A DNA stretch of 64,000 nt from an uncultured Gemmatimonadales bacterium (GTDB lineage: Bacteria > Gemmatimonadota > Gemmatimonadetes > Gemmatimonadales > GWC2-71-9), in NCBI GenBank assembly GCA_963821525.1, contig CAWGED010000019.1, positions 512,001 to 576,000 of the forward strand, written 5' to 3'. How positions within the stretch are numbered: the stretch's first letter is position 1; each line of letters opens with the position of its first letter. Positions 32,118 to 44,200 of the stretch are shown piece by piece. The notes beneath the pieces were generated by a model. The model had not been told where the DNA came from. It saw nothing but the letters and a program-made list of their open reading frames with translations, and did no database searches. The position numbers and the translations under genes are program-made.

Positions 32118-32300
32118 GCCTCAATATACGGCTCATTTCCCGCCCTGCTTCGGCGTGCAAATGGGTCGCTAACCCGGCATATTTCCCAGTCCTCATTTCA
32201 CAGCCTTGGTAGGGCGGCGAGTGTCAGGAGGTCTTCCCTGTCCAGCCACGATCGCGACCGCTCCGTTCTCGGGGTACCCCGCTCTATTGGCGGGGTGTTC

Positions 32301-34165
32301 GTGAGTCTGGCCGGAATGGTGTGCCTCGGATTGGTTGCCGCAGCTAATCCTGTCTCGCGGGTTACTCCGCGCTCCATGGATGGAATCGAGGCCAACGACA
32401 ATCGCACCCCGGCTGGCCAGCTTCGGGATGATACGCTCAGCATCCAGCTAGAGGTCAGAATGGGCACGTGGCGCCCTGAGGCCGACAGCGGTCCGGCCAT
32501 CGAGGTCGCGGCCTTCGCCGAGGCTGGTAAGCCACCACAGGTGCCGGGTCCGCTGATTCGGGTTAAGGAAGGAACCACGATTGCGGCGACCATCAGGAAT
32601 GCCCTCCCGGACTCAACCATCTCGATTTTCGGCCTTTTAACTCAGTCGGCCGGTCTGAAGGACAGTTTGACCCTGCGGCCCGGAGAAGCCCGCCAGGTTC
32701 GCTTCACGGCAACAGCGGCCGGCACCTACTTCTACCGTGCGGTGCTCGGCAAGCATTCACCGGACCGGCACGTCAACGATGAACGCGAGCAGGTGGCGGG
32801 GGCTCTGATCGTGGATCCTCCGGGCCCTGTCGCTCCCGACCGGATTCTTGCGATCAATATCTGGGGTAGCCGGGTGGACTCAGCTGTGTATCGTCCGATT
32901 GACTATCGGAACGCGATCACGATCAACGGCCGCTCCTGGCCCTACACCGACAGGATCGAGGCGACCACAGGAGATACCGTGCGCCTGCGGGTGATCAACC
33001 TGAGCGGCGCGCACGCATCCCATGCATCTGCACGGGTTCTACTACCAGGTACTGTCCCGGGGCGACGGTGTCTCAGACACGGTCTACGCGGCCGACGATC
33101 GGCGCATGGTCGTCACCGAGGAGATGCGGCCCTTCACGACGATGGCGATGAGCTTCGTGCCAAATCGTCCCGGCAATTGGCTCTTTCATTGTCACGTAGG
33201 CTTTCACGTCGTGCCGCAGTCCCGGCTCAACAAGGTGGCGGTTGGTAGCCATGACGAGATGTCCCACGATCCCATGGTTCACATGGCGGGGCTCGCGGTA
33301 GGGATCACCGTCCATCCGGCTCCGGGCTGGACGCCTCCGAACCAGGGAAAGGCGCGTCGCCTGCATCTCTACGTAGATGAGGGCAAGCAGCGGTATCGCG
33401 CGAAGCGGGCACTCGGATTCGTCCTGCAGCGAGGTGCCAAACCCCCGCAGCCCGACTCCGTGGAGATTCCCGGCTCAGTGCTGGTGCTCACTCGAGGACA
33501 ACCGACCGATATCGTCGTCACCAACCGGCTCCGCGAAGCCGCCGCGATCCACTGGCACGGGGTGGAATTGCTGAGTTACTCCGATGGTGTTGCAGGATGG
33601 AGTGGCGATGGCCAACAGCTCGCTCCGGTGATAGCACCGGGCGATTCATTCACGGCGCATCTCCTCCTGCCTCGCGCCGGCACGTTCATCTATCACACGC
33701 ACCTCAACGACCTGGAGCAGCTCTCCTCCGGTCTGTACGGGGCCATCGTGGTCCTCGAGCCCGGCCAGCGCTTCGATCCCCTCAGAGATCATGTGTTCGT
33801 GGCGGGATGGGATTCACCGAATCCCGAGCCGCCTCGGATTCTCATCAATGGTGATTCGCTGCCCGCCCCGCTTGAGCTGAAGTCCGGGGTGTCCGCATCG
33901 GTTCCGCTTCATCAACATTGGATTGGCGCTGCCCGTTGGATTCGGGATATACCAGGACAGCTCACTGGTCCGCTGGCGTCGAGTGGCCAAGGATGGCGCC
34001 GACCTTCCGGCGCATCAGGCGGTCGAAGTCAACGCGCTGCAGGCGGTCCAGGTCGGGGAAACCTACGATTTCGAATGGACTCCGGAGCGAGGAGAGTACC
34101 AGTTGCGGGCGGGGCCGCCGGGAAAGCCGTTCTGGGTGCAGCGGTTGGTTGTCGATGGTCGATAG
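32301..34165 (+). CDS. Secreted multicopper oxidase (copy 1, four cupredoxin-like domains); frameshifts near 33010 and 33895
   Basis: HPMHLHG, WLFHCHVGFH, IHWHG and FIYHTH across ORFs 31992-33248, 33022-34185 and 33923-34165; start approximate. Confidence 0.85.
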
Positions 34166-34321
34166 TCGATGGTCGTGGGTCATGAGTCATGAGTCTTGAG
34201 TCTTGAGATCTCCGAAATAGTACCCAGGGCCACTGGCTACCACCCAATCACTGACTATCGACCATCGACCATTGACACACGACCCACGACTCAAGACTCG
34301 CGACCACCATTGACCATCGAC
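34151..34321. repeat. Inverted 7-nt-period GTC/GAC repeat array overlapping the MCO-1 stop and the kinase-1 start
   Basis: Left arm of GTCGATG/GTCGATA/GTCATGA/GTCTTGA units (34151-34207); right arm of GACTATC/GACCATC/GACCCAC/GACTCAA units (34253-34321). Confidence 0.85.
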
Positions 34322-36922
34322 GATAAACTGTCGGCCGCACTCTCCGACCGCTACCGCATCGAGCGGGAGCTGGGACAGGGAGGCATGGCTACGGTGGTCC
34401 TGGCCCACGACCTCAAGCACGATCGCCAGGTCGCGATCAAGGTCCTGCGGCCGGAGCTCGCGGTCATGATCGGGAGCGAGCGGTTCCTGCAGGAAATCCG
34501 GGTCACCGCAAGGCTTCGTCATCCCCATATCCTGCCGCTCTACGACTCGGGCGCCGTGGACGGCGTCCTGTACTACGTCTCCCCTCTCGTCGAAGGCGGT
34601 TCCCTCAAGGCGCGGCTCGAGCGCGACGGCAAGCTGCCGGCGGTCGAGGCGGTCCGCATCGCGCGCGAGGTGGCGGACGCGCTGGATTTCGCCCACCAGC
34701 GCGGGGTGATCCATCGCGACATCAAGCCCGACAACATCCTGCTCGAAGCCGGACACGCGGTGATCGCGGATTTCGGGATCGCACGAGCGGTCTCCGCGGC
34801 CGGCGCGGATCGGATGACTCAGGCCGGGGTGAGTGTGGGAACGCCGGCCTACATGAGTCCCGAGCAGGCCAGCAGCGAACTGGAAATCGACGGGCGGGCG
34901 GATATCTACGGGCTGGGAGTCGTGCTCTACGAAATGCTGTCGGGGAAGCCGCCGTTCACCGGGCAAACTCTGCAAGGCTTGATCGCGGCCGTCCTGACCC
35001 GGGAGGCGACACCGCTCCCCGCGTCACCCGATGTTCCGCCTGAACTCAGCAAGGCGGTCTCCAGAGCGATGGCGAAGAAGCCATCGGACCGCTTCGCGTC
35101 GGCGCGCGAGTTCAGCGATGCACTACGGTTTCACGAAGAGCCACAGTCTGCCGCCGGAGCGTCGGCTCGTCGGATTCGAGTCCTCGCCTTCGCCGGCCTG
35201 GGGGCCCTCGCTGTCGTCTTCTGGCTGACCACTCACCGGACCCAGGCACCTCCACGAGCCGCCGCCACGCGACTGGCCCAGCTCACCTCGGACGAGGCGG
35301 TGGAGGAGTGGCCATCGTGGTCACCCGACGGGGCTCGACTGGTGTTTTCGCGGACGGTCGCGGGCTACCGAAACCTGTTCCTGCGAACCTATCCAGGTGG
35401 AGAGGAAACACAGCTCACCAGAGGCTCCCGGGACGATATCCAGGCTTCATGGTCGCCCGACGGTAGCGTGATCGCGCTGGTCCGTTCCAGTCTCTCCGAC
35501 GGCAAGCTCGAGCCCGGAGACGTGCTCGGCTTGTATGCCGAAGGCGGCGATGTCTGGACGGTCGATCCCAAATCGGGAGCCGAAGAGCATCTCCTCTCGG
35601 GAGCCTTCAGCCCCAGCTGGTCGCCCGATGGGAATCACATCGCGGTAGACGCCGGCTGGGGAGGAGCGCATCGGATCTGGGTTACCGACAAGAACGGTCA
35701 CAATCCGCGGCAGGTCACGAGCGACAGCTCGAACGAGGTGGCCCACATGAGCCCCCGCTGGTCGCCGGACGGGAAGCGCCTGGTCTTCCGGAGATTCCAG
35801 CAACCCAAGTCCGACATCGTCGTGGTGGATCTCGCGACCGGCAAGACGACGTGGGTGACTCACGACGATGTTACGGATGTGAATCCGGCCTGGTCCCCCT
35901 CAGGACGGTTCATCTACTTCTCTTCCCTGCGGGGCGGAGGACTCAACCTCTGGCGAGTGGCGGTTTCCGAGAGCGGCGAACCACGGTCGCCACCGGAGCA
36001 GCTTACCACGGGCGCGGGGGACGATCTCGAGCCCTCGATCGCACCCGACGGGAAACGCCTCGCCTTCTCGATCTTCCGCATCGAGGCCGACCTCTGGCGG
36101 CTGCCGCTCGACCCGGTCACCGGGAAAACGACCGGGAAGCCCGAGCCGGTCATCGCCACGACTCGGGTGGAGAGCCGGGGTGCCTGGTCTCCGGATGGAC
36201 GCACCATCGCGTTCAATTCGGATCGTAACGGAGACATGAACCTGTGGCTGCATTCGGAGGGCGAGACCGACCGGCAACTCACCAGTGGTCCGGGAGGCGA
36301 CTACCAGCCGAACTGGTCGCCGGACGGGAAGGTCATTGCGTTCTTCTCTTCCCGATCAGGCCAGAACGACATCTGGACGGTTCAGTTGGCGGATACCGCG
36401 CTCAAGCGGCTCACATCGGATACCGGGATTCACATCAATCCGTTCTTCTCCCCGGACGGGAAATACATCGCGTACCATGAGGACCGCGACGGCCGCTTCC
36501 AGCTCTGGGTGATGAACGCGGATGGCTCGAATCAGCACCAGCTCTCGAGTGATGGCGCGGCCGGCCATTTCATGCGCTGGTCGGCGGACGGCAAGAGCGT
36601 CATCATCCGGGCGGAACCTCCCGGAGGCACGCAGATTCTGTCAGTCAACGTCGAGACCGGGGCCGTCGAGCGCCTGCCGGATGTGGCGGGCGGCAGCCAC
36701 ATGTCCTTCTCGCCCGATCATAGCCTCGTCCTCGATGTGAAAGGCCACAAGACCATCTGGATCACCCCGATGAAAGGCGGCTCCCCGTATCAGATATTCG
36801 AGTTTCCCGATCCCGCCATTCGCATCGATTATCCAGTCTGGTCTCCCGACGGACATTTCCTGCTGTTCGATCACGACGCGCCACACGGAGGTGACATTTG
36901 GCTGCTGGATGGAGTCGAGTGA
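34310..36922 (+). CDS. Ser/Thr protein kinase 1: kinase + TM + TolB-like (PD40) beta-propellers
   Basis: LGQGGMATV, VAIK, HRDIKPDN, DFG and YMSPEQ; many WSPDG repeats; TTG start inferred. Confidence 0.93.
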   Translation: MTIDDKLSAALSDRYRIERELGQGGMATVVLAHDLKHDRQVAIKVLRPELAVMIGSERFLQEIRVTARLRHPHILPLYDSGAVDGVLYYVSPLVEGGSLKARLERDGKLPAVEAVRIAREVADALDFAHQRGVIHRDIKPDNILLEAGHAVIADFGIARAVSAAGADRMTQAGVSVGTPAYMSPEQASSELEIDGRADIYGLGVVLYEMLSGKPPFTGQTLQGLIAAVLTREATPLPASPDVPPELSKAVSRAMAKKPSDRFASAREFSDALRFHEEPQSAAGASARRIRVLAFAGLGALAVVFWLTTHRTQAPPRAAATRLAQLTSDEAVEEWPSWSPDGARLVFSRTVAGYRNLFLRTYPGGEETQLTRGSRDDIQASWSPDGSVIALVRSSLSDGKLEPGDVLGLYAEGGDVWTVDPKSGAEEHLLSGAFSPSWSPDGNHIAVDAGWGGAHRIWVTDKNGHNPRQVTSDSSNEVAHMSPRWSPDGKRLVFRRFQQPKSDIVVVDLATGKTTWVTHDDVTDVNPAWSPSGRFIYFSSLRGGGLNLWRVAVSESGEPRSPPEQLTTGAGDDLEPSIAPDGKRLAFSIFRIEADLWRLPLDPVTGKTTGKPEPVIATTRVESRGAWSPDGRTIAFNSDRNGDMNLWLHSEGETDRQLTSGPGGDYQPNWSPDGKVIAFFSSRSGQNDIWTVQLADTALKRLTSDTGIHINPFFSPDGKYIAYHEDRDGRFQLWVMNADGSNQHQLSSDGAAGHFMRWSADGKSVIIRAEPPGGTQILSVNVETGAVERLPDVAGGSHMSFSPDHSLVLDVKGHKTIWITPMKGGSPYQIFEFPDPAIRIDYPVWSPDGHFLLFDHDAPHGGDIWLLDGVE

Positions 36923-38756
36923 CTCTCAAAGCAGTTCTGTTCGTGGTCCTTGCGACTGGGTGGTCGTGGAGCACGCCGCGCAGCCCGGGCCTTCCCACGA
37001 TCGCCGCGAACGACAATCGCACTCCCGCCGGCCAGGAGAGGAACGACACTCTCCGGATCAGGCTCGAGGTCAGGATGGGCGTGTGGCGGCCGGAAGCTGA
37101 CAGCGGACCCTCGGCCGAAGTGGCCGCGTTCGCCGAGGAGACGCAATGCTCCGCAGATCCCGGGTCCGCTCATCCGGGTGAAGACGGGAACGATCATCAG
37201 TGCGACGGTGCGGAACGCACTTACCGACTCCACCATCTCGGTGCACGGCCTGCTCACTCGGCCAGCCGCAAGCGACGACAGCCTGATTCTCCGCCCCGGA
37301 GAAGTTCGCAGCGTCACCTTCGCAGCGGGACAACCTGGCACCTACTTCTACTGGGCGGTCCTCGGCAAGCACAATCCGGAAAAAGATGACGAGCGGGAGC
37401 AGCTTTCCGGCGCCTTCGTAGTTGATCCTCGTGAAGGGTCGCCACCCGACCGGATTCTGATGCTGAACATCTGGGGAAGGACCGTGGATTCGGCGAATTA
37501 CCGGAACGCGCTTGCCATCAACGGCCGGTCCTGGCCGTACACCGAGCGAATACACGCCACGGTAGGCGACACGATTCGCTGGCGACTGATCAATGCGACG
37601 ATGGCGCCCCCACCCCATGCATCTCCACGGCTTCTACTACAGCATAGACGCATCAGGAGACGGGTTGCGGGATTCGCTCTACCGGCGCGAGGACCGCAGG
37701 CTGGTCGTGACCGAGGATATGAGGCCATTCGAGACGAGATCGGTTTCCTGGAGTCCGGATCGCCCGGGGAACTGGCTCTTTCATTGCCACATCGGGTTCC
37801 ATGTCGTCCCTGATACCCGGCTCGACCCTCCGGCAGCCGACAGTCACGACCGCATGGCTCACGACCCTGGTGTTCACATGGCCGGCCTGGTTCTGGGAAT
37901 CACGGTTGATCCCCGTGAGCGTGGGCGGCGAACTGCCAAAGTGGTCGGCGAAGCGCGAGCACCTGTTCATCCAGGAGGGCGCCCGCCATCGGTTAGCGCC
38001 GCGCACGATGGCGTACGTGCTCCAGCGCGGGAGCTGTCCCCGCGTCCGATTCGATCCGAGGTACCCAGCTCCCTCTTGTTGCTGACCCGCGGCCAATCGA
38101 CCGACATGGTGATCATCAACCGTCTCAAGGAGCCAAGCGCGATCCACTGGCACGGAATCGAGCTGGGGAGCTACTCCGACGGAGTGGCCGGCTGGAGTGG
38201 CGCCGGCACCACCCTGGCCCCCTCGATTCAGCCGGGAGACTCGTTCGTCGCCCATCTGATCCTGCCTCGGGCGGGGACGTTCATCTATCACACCCACATG
38301 AATGATCTGGAACAGCTTACTTCGGGACTCTTCGGCGCGGTCCTGGTGCTGGAGCCGGGGAAACCATTCGACCCCGCGACCGACCACGTTTACGTGGCAG
38401 GCTGGGACGGGCCCGCCGATCCACCGAATGTCGTGGTCAATGGAGACACGACGGCGAAGCCGTTGTCGATGCGAGCCGGTGTCGACCAGCGATTCCGCCT
38501 GATAAACATCGGTCCCGCGGCGAGCCTCAAGTTCGCCATCTATCGGGATACGTCGGTGGTGACGTGGCGAGCCTTGGCCAAGGATGGAGCAGACCTGCCG
38601 CTGTCCCAGGCGACCACCAGGCCGGCTCGGCAATTCGTCCAGGTTGGAGAGACCTACGACTTTACGTTCAGGGCGGACCCGGGAGAGTACCGGCTGGTAG
38701 CGATCCTCAGGGGAACAGCTATACAAGTCTTCCGGCAGGCGCTGGTGGTGAACTAA
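36919..38756 (+). CDS. Secreted multicopper oxidase (copy 2); frameshifts near 37140, 37610 and 37920-38035
   Basis: Paralogue of copy 1 (ANDNRTPAG, HPMHLHG, HCHIGFH, IHWHG, YHTH); GTG overlaps the kinase-1 TGA. Confidence 0.85.
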
Positions 38757-38782
38757 ATGATCCCTATGAGGGAGGAATTGAA

Positions 38783-41023
38783 GTGACGCGTCATCCCCGC
38801 ATGGTTTACGTCGCGATTGCCACGCTTTGCGCTGCGTGCGCCTCCGCCTTCCCCTCTTCCTCCGACGGGGAGAGGCTCGTACAACAAGGGCAACGGGTCA
38901 CCATCATCCGCGACGACTGGGGTATCGCGCACGTCTACGGCAAGACCGACGCGGATGCCGTGTTCGGCATGATCTACGCCCAGGCGGAGGACGATTTCAA
39001 CCGGGTGGAGACCAATTACATCAACGCCATGGGGCGTCTGGCCGAAGCCGAAGGAGAGAAGGCGATCTATCAGGACCTTCGCATGAAGATGTTCATCAAC
39101 CCGGATGAGATGAAGGCGCTGTACAGATCGAGCCCCGCTTGGCTCAAGGAACTGATGATCGCGTGGGCCGATGGACTCAATTTGTACCTGCTCAAGCATC
39201 CCGAGGTGCATCCCAGGGTCCTCCTGTACTTCGAACCCTGGATGGCGCTGACCTTCACCGAAGGCAGCATCGGCAGCGATATCGAAAGCATTTCCCTCGA
39301 GGCCCTCGAGGCACTCTACGCGAAGACTTCCGGCGCCCAGGGAGAACGCGGTCCTGCCTTGCCACCAGAGACCACCGGATCCAACGGGATCGCCATTGCG
39401 CCGGCCAATGCGGTTTCCCACCACGCCTTGCTCCTGATCAATCCCCATACCTCCTTCTTTTTCCGGTCGGAGCTTCAGGCGGTGAGCGAGGAGGGCCTGA
39501 ACGTCTACGGCGCGGCCACCTGGGGGCAGTTCTTCATCTATCAGGGCTTCAACGATCGGCTGGGGTGGATGCATACCTCCAGCGGGGTGGATGCGATTGA
39601 CGAGTATGCCGAGACGATAACCCGGAAGGGTGACAGCCTGTTCTATCGTGACGGCAGTGTCGAACGGCCTCTTACTGTCGAGAAGATCACGGTGCCGTAC
39701 AAGCTGGAGGGTGGCATGGGTAAGAGAGAGTTCACCGTGTACCGCACCCGCCACGGCCCCATCGTCCGGGAGGCCGATGGCAAGTGGATAAGCGTGCGCC
39801 TGATGGAGGACCCGGTTCGGGCGCTCACCGAGTCTTATACCAGGACCAAGGCCAGGAACTACAAGGCCTTTCGCGAGACCGTGGATATGCGCACCAACTC
39901 CTCCAACAACACGGTCTACGCCGACGCCGACGGCAACATCGCCTACTTCCAGGCCAGCTTCATCCCCAAGAGAGATCCGAAATTCGACTGGACTCGCCCG
40001 GTGGACGGGAGCGACTCGGCGACCGACTGGAAGGGGCTGCTCACCCTCGACGAGATGCCGAACGTCTTTAACCCGCCCAACGGCTGGATCCAGAACACGA
40101 ACAACTGGCCCTACTCGGCGGCCGGGGAAAACAGCCCGAAGCAGAATGACTTCCCGCGCTATGTGGATACCTATGGCGAGAATCCGCGCGGCATTCATGC
40201 GATGCGATTACTGGAGGGGAAGAAGGACTTCTCTCTGCAGGGGCTGATCGACGCCGCTTACGACAGCTACCAGCCGACGTTTGCGGTCCTGGTCCCCCCG
40301 CTGATCAAGGATTACGACGCGCTACCTGCGTCGAGTCCGCTGAAATCGAAACTGGCCGAACAGGTGAAGGTGCTGCGCGGCTGGGACTACCGCTGGTCCG
40401 CCGAGTCGGTCCCGACCGCGCTGGCGATCTATTGGGCTGAAGACCTCTGGCGACGGGTACCACAGGACGCGAACGACGAAGAGCTCCCGGGGTGGGAGTA
40501 CATCGCAAAGAAGGCGACGGCAGATGAGCGGCTGGAGTCGCTGGCGGCAGCATCGGACAAACTGGCACAGGACTTCGGAACCTGGAAAACGCCCTGGGGA
40601 GACATCAACCGCTTCCAGCGGCTGACCGATGACATCGTCCACCGCTTCAGCGACGCTGCTCCCAGCATCCCGGTTCCCTTCACCACCGCACAGTGGGGAT
40701 CATTGGCGTCGATCGTGCCCCAGGCCAACAGTGGGACCAGGAAGCGGTACGGCAGGTACGGGAACAGCTTCGTCGCGGTGGTCGAGTTCGGCGATTCGGT
40801 CCGGGCCAGAGCGGTGACCGCGGGGGGCGAGAGCGGCGACCCCAAGTCCCAGCACTTCAAGGATCAGGCGGAGCGGTACAGCAAAGGGGACTTGCGAGAG
40901 GTGTATTTCTACCGGTCACAGCTCAAGGGGCATACGGAGAGGGAGTACCATCCGGGCGAGTGGAACGGGAGACGGCGTGACGAGGCCTGCGACCGACAAC
41001 CATACAGCGACACCTCATCCTGA
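38783..41023 (+). CDS. Penicillin acylase family Ntn-hydrolase (S45), probable lipoprotein
   Basis: GGAGG + GTG start; LCAAC; IRDDWGIAHVYG, GSNGIAI (Ser nucleophile) and LLINPH. Confidence 0.92.
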   Translation: MTRHPRMVYVAIATLCAACASAFPSSSDGERLVQQGQRVTIIRDDWGIAHVYGKTDADAVFGMIYAQAEDDFNRVETNYINAMGRLAEAEGEKAIYQDLRMKMFINPDEMKALYRSSPAWLKELMIAWADGLNLYLLKHPEVHPRVLLYFEPWMALTFTEGSIGSDIESISLEALEALYAKTSGAQGERGPALPPETTGSNGIAIAPANAVSHHALLLINPHTSFFFRSELQAVSEEGLNVYGAATWGQFFIYQGFNDRLGWMHTSSGVDAIDEYAETITRKGDSLFYRDGSVERPLTVEKITVPYKLEGGMGKREFTVYRTRHGPIVREADGKWISVRLMEDPVRALTESYTRTKARNYKAFRETVDMRTNSSNNTVYADADGNIAYFQASFIPKRDPKFDWTRPVDGSDSATDWKGLLTLDEMPNVFNPPNGWIQNTNNWPYSAAGENSPKQNDFPRYVDTYGENPRGIHAMRLLEGKKDFSLQGLIDAAYDSYQPTFAVLVPPLIKDYDALPASSPLKSKLAEQVKVLRGWDYRWSAESVPTALAIYWAEDLWRRVPQDANDEELPGWEYIAKKATADERLESLAAASDKLAQDFGTWKTPWGDINRFQRLTDDIVHRFSDAAPSIPVPFTTAQWGSLASIVPQANSGTRKRYGRYGNSFVAVVEFGDSVRARAVTAGGESGDPKSQHFKDQAERYSKGDLREVYFYRSQLKGHTEREYHPGEWNGRRRDEACDRQPYSDTSS

Positions 41024-41102
41024 GCGCAGCGAAGGACCTAGTCTCCCAGCCTAGACGCCAAGGCTCGGACATTAGGTCCCTCGCTGCGCTCGGGATGAGG
41101 TG
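41011..41102. repeat. REP-like palindromic doublet
   Basis: CACCTCATCCTGAGCGCAGCGAAGGACCTA (41011-41040) and its 28/30 inverted copy at 41073-41102. Confidence 0.85.
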
Positions 41103-41237
41103 CTACCCTCGCTCCTGCCTCGGTCACCTATCCCTGTTCCCATCTTGCCCGATTTCCCTGCCCTGTCCCTGTTGCCCTCATCCCCTCTCCCCGTAGTTTT
41201 TAGCCCTGTTCCCCCGTAGGTTTCAGCTTCTCTCCCC

Positions 41238-44200
41238 TTGGATCCACCATCAGTCTCGAGCCCCGGCTGCAAGCTGCTCTGGGTGATACCTACCGCGTCC
41301 TGAAAGAACTGGGAGGCGGGGGGATGAGCCGCGTCTTCCTCGCCGAGGAAACCCGGCTGGGGCGGCAGGTGGTCATCAAGCTGCTCCCGCCCGACATGGG
41401 CGCCTCGGTCAATGTCGAGCGGTTCGAGCGGGAGATCCAGCTCGCCGCCCGCCTGCAGCACCCGCACATCGTCCCGCTTCTCGCCGCCGCCGCTTCCGGC
41501 GATCTGCTGTACTACATCATGCCCTACATCGCGGGCGAGTCGCTCCGGGCCAAACTGGCGCGGGAAGGAGAGCTGCCCGTCGCGGAGGCCGCCAAGATCC
41601 TGCGCGAGGTGGTGGACGCGCTGTCCTACGCCCATCGCAATGGCGTCGTGCACCGCGACATCAAGCCGGACAACGTTTTGCTCTCGGATGGGCACGCCGT
41701 GGTCACCGACTTCGGCGTCGCCAAGGCGGTCACGGCCTCCAGTGGCAAGTCGTCACTGACTTCGCTCGGCGTGGCGCTGGGGACCCCGGCCTACATGGCG
41801 CCGGAGCAGGCGGCGGCCGATCCCCACGTGGATCATCGCGCCGACATCTACGCCGTGGGTGCCTTGGCGTACGAGATGCTCACCGGCCGCACGCCGTTCG
41901 TCGCACCCACACCGCAGGCGCTGCTCGCGGCCCACATCACCCAGGCGCCGGAGCCGGTCACCAGGCACCGTCCTGCAGTGTCCGCGGCGTTGAACGGCGT
42001 TCTGATGCGCTGCCTCGAGAAGCGTCCCGCAGATCGGTGGCAGAGCGCGGGTGAGTTGCTGGTCCAGCTCGAGGCGGCGACGACTCCCAGCACAGGCGGC
42101 ATGACTCCCACCGGAACCACGCCGGTTGTCTCGAGCGGCACCGAGGAGGCGATTCGAAAGAGTCACCCGCTCAGAGTCGGGTTGCTGTTCGGGGCCGCCT
42201 CGCTGGGAGTGCTGGGTCTCGTTTACCTGCTGGTCCACCAGCTCGGCCTGCCCGACTGGGTCTTCTACGGCGCCATCGGACTGCTCCTCATCGGGCTGCC
42301 GATCATGCTGATCACCAGCCGCTTCGAGCGCCGCAGAGCGCTGGCCCGCGCCAGCGGCCGGGTCTCGATGACACCGAATCAGGGTCTGCATCGCTGGTTC
42401 ACCTGGAAGAAGGCCATTCAGGGCGGCATCATAGCCTTCGCCACACTAGGTGTGATCGCCGTCGTCTACACCGCCATGCGCCTCCTCGGCATCGGCCCGG
42501 TCGGAACCCTCGTGGCATCAGGACGGCTCAAAGAACGAGACCGCCTGGTCGTGGCCGACTTCGAGAACCGGACTGCCGATCCAAATCTGGCTGGATCGAT
42601 CACCGAGGCATTCCGGATCGACCTCGGCCAGTCTCCTGTCGTTCAGCTCATGAGTACCGCCCAGGTCAGCGACGCGCTGCAGCGGATGCAGCGGGATCCG
42701 AATACCCCGATCACGAGCGCCGTGGCACAGGAGATCGCCGCCCGGGAAGGGGCAAAGGCGGTCGTGGCGGGGGAGATCAGCTCGGTCGGCAAGGGCTATG
42801 TGCTGTCGGCCCGCATCCTGAACGCCGGGGATGGTGCCGAGCTGGTGGCACTGCGGGAGACTGCGACCGATGACGCCGGAATCGTTGCTGCGATCGATCG
42901 GCTCTCCGGTCATGTTCGGGAGCGAATCGGGGAATCCCTCAAGACCATCCGGACCGGCGAGCCGTTGGATCAGGTCACGACCTCTTCGCTCGAGGCGCTC
43001 CGGCTCTACTCCGAAGGGTCGCGGCTCAACGACCAAGGCTCCCCCGACAAGGCGATCCCGCTGCTGGAGCAGGCCATCGCGCTGGACAGCGGCTTCGCCA
43101 TGGCGTGGCGCAAGCTCGCGGTCGCGCTGGGCAACACCCGCGCCAGTCAGGAGCGACAGATCCTTGCCACCACCAAGGCCTACCAGCATCGCGATCGCCT
43201 GCCGGAGGTCGAACGACAGTTCACCATCGCCTACTACTACGACAATGTGGAGATCGATCCGGCAAAGGTGGAGGCAGCCTACCGTCGCATCCTGGCCATG
43301 AGGCCGGAGAACTACGGAGCAACCAATAACCTGGCCCTGTTCCTGGGGCGGATGGGTCGAGCCGCAGAGGCGGAATCGGTGGCTGCCCCCATGGCGCGCT
43401 CGGCGACCACCGTGGGCAACATGAACATGCAGCTCCTCAACGCGCAGCTCGCCCAGGGACACGCGGCCGACGCGCGGCGCACGCTCGAGACGATGGCGAG
43501 GCTCGACTCGACCGCACCGGTCTATCTGCGCGGACGGGCCATGACTTTGGGTGCCATCGGGGAGTACGACAGCGCTCAGCGGGCGTGGCTGGATGTGGGG
43601 CTCAAGCTCCGCGATCCGAGCTATCAGAGCATGGCGTCCATGGGCCTTGCCACGATAGCCCAGACCCAAGGCAGACTGGCCGAGGCCGAGCGGCAGACTC
43701 AGCTCAACATCGGCATTAGTGAACGGCGTGGACTCCCGGGCGCCGCGTTGGAGGGAGCGGCGAGTATTGCCCTGCAGTACGCGCTGTTCCGTCGGGACAC
43801 GGTTGCGGCCCTCCGCCTCATCCGCTCGGCTCTCCAGCAGCGGCCGCTCAACTCCATCCCGGCGCTCGATCGCCCCGGTGATGCGATTGCGCTGGTTTAC
43901 GCCGTTGCGGGGCAACCTGCCGAGGCACGGCAGTTCCTCCGAGAATACGAAGCGACGGTCCCCGAAGGGGTCCGACGCGGCAACTGGGGATGGTACGTCG
44001 CGACGGGATGGTTGGCCCTCGCGGAGAACCGACCGGGGGACGCGGTCGCCGCCTTTGTGCGAGGCAGAACTGCGCCCAGCTGTCCCGACTGCGGAGCCTG
44101 GCAGGAAGGCATCGCATTCGAGCGGGCCAACCAGCCGGACTCGGCGATTGCCGCCTACCAGCGTGCGGTTGGCCCGGGGACCGGCTGGAAGTCGCTGGCG

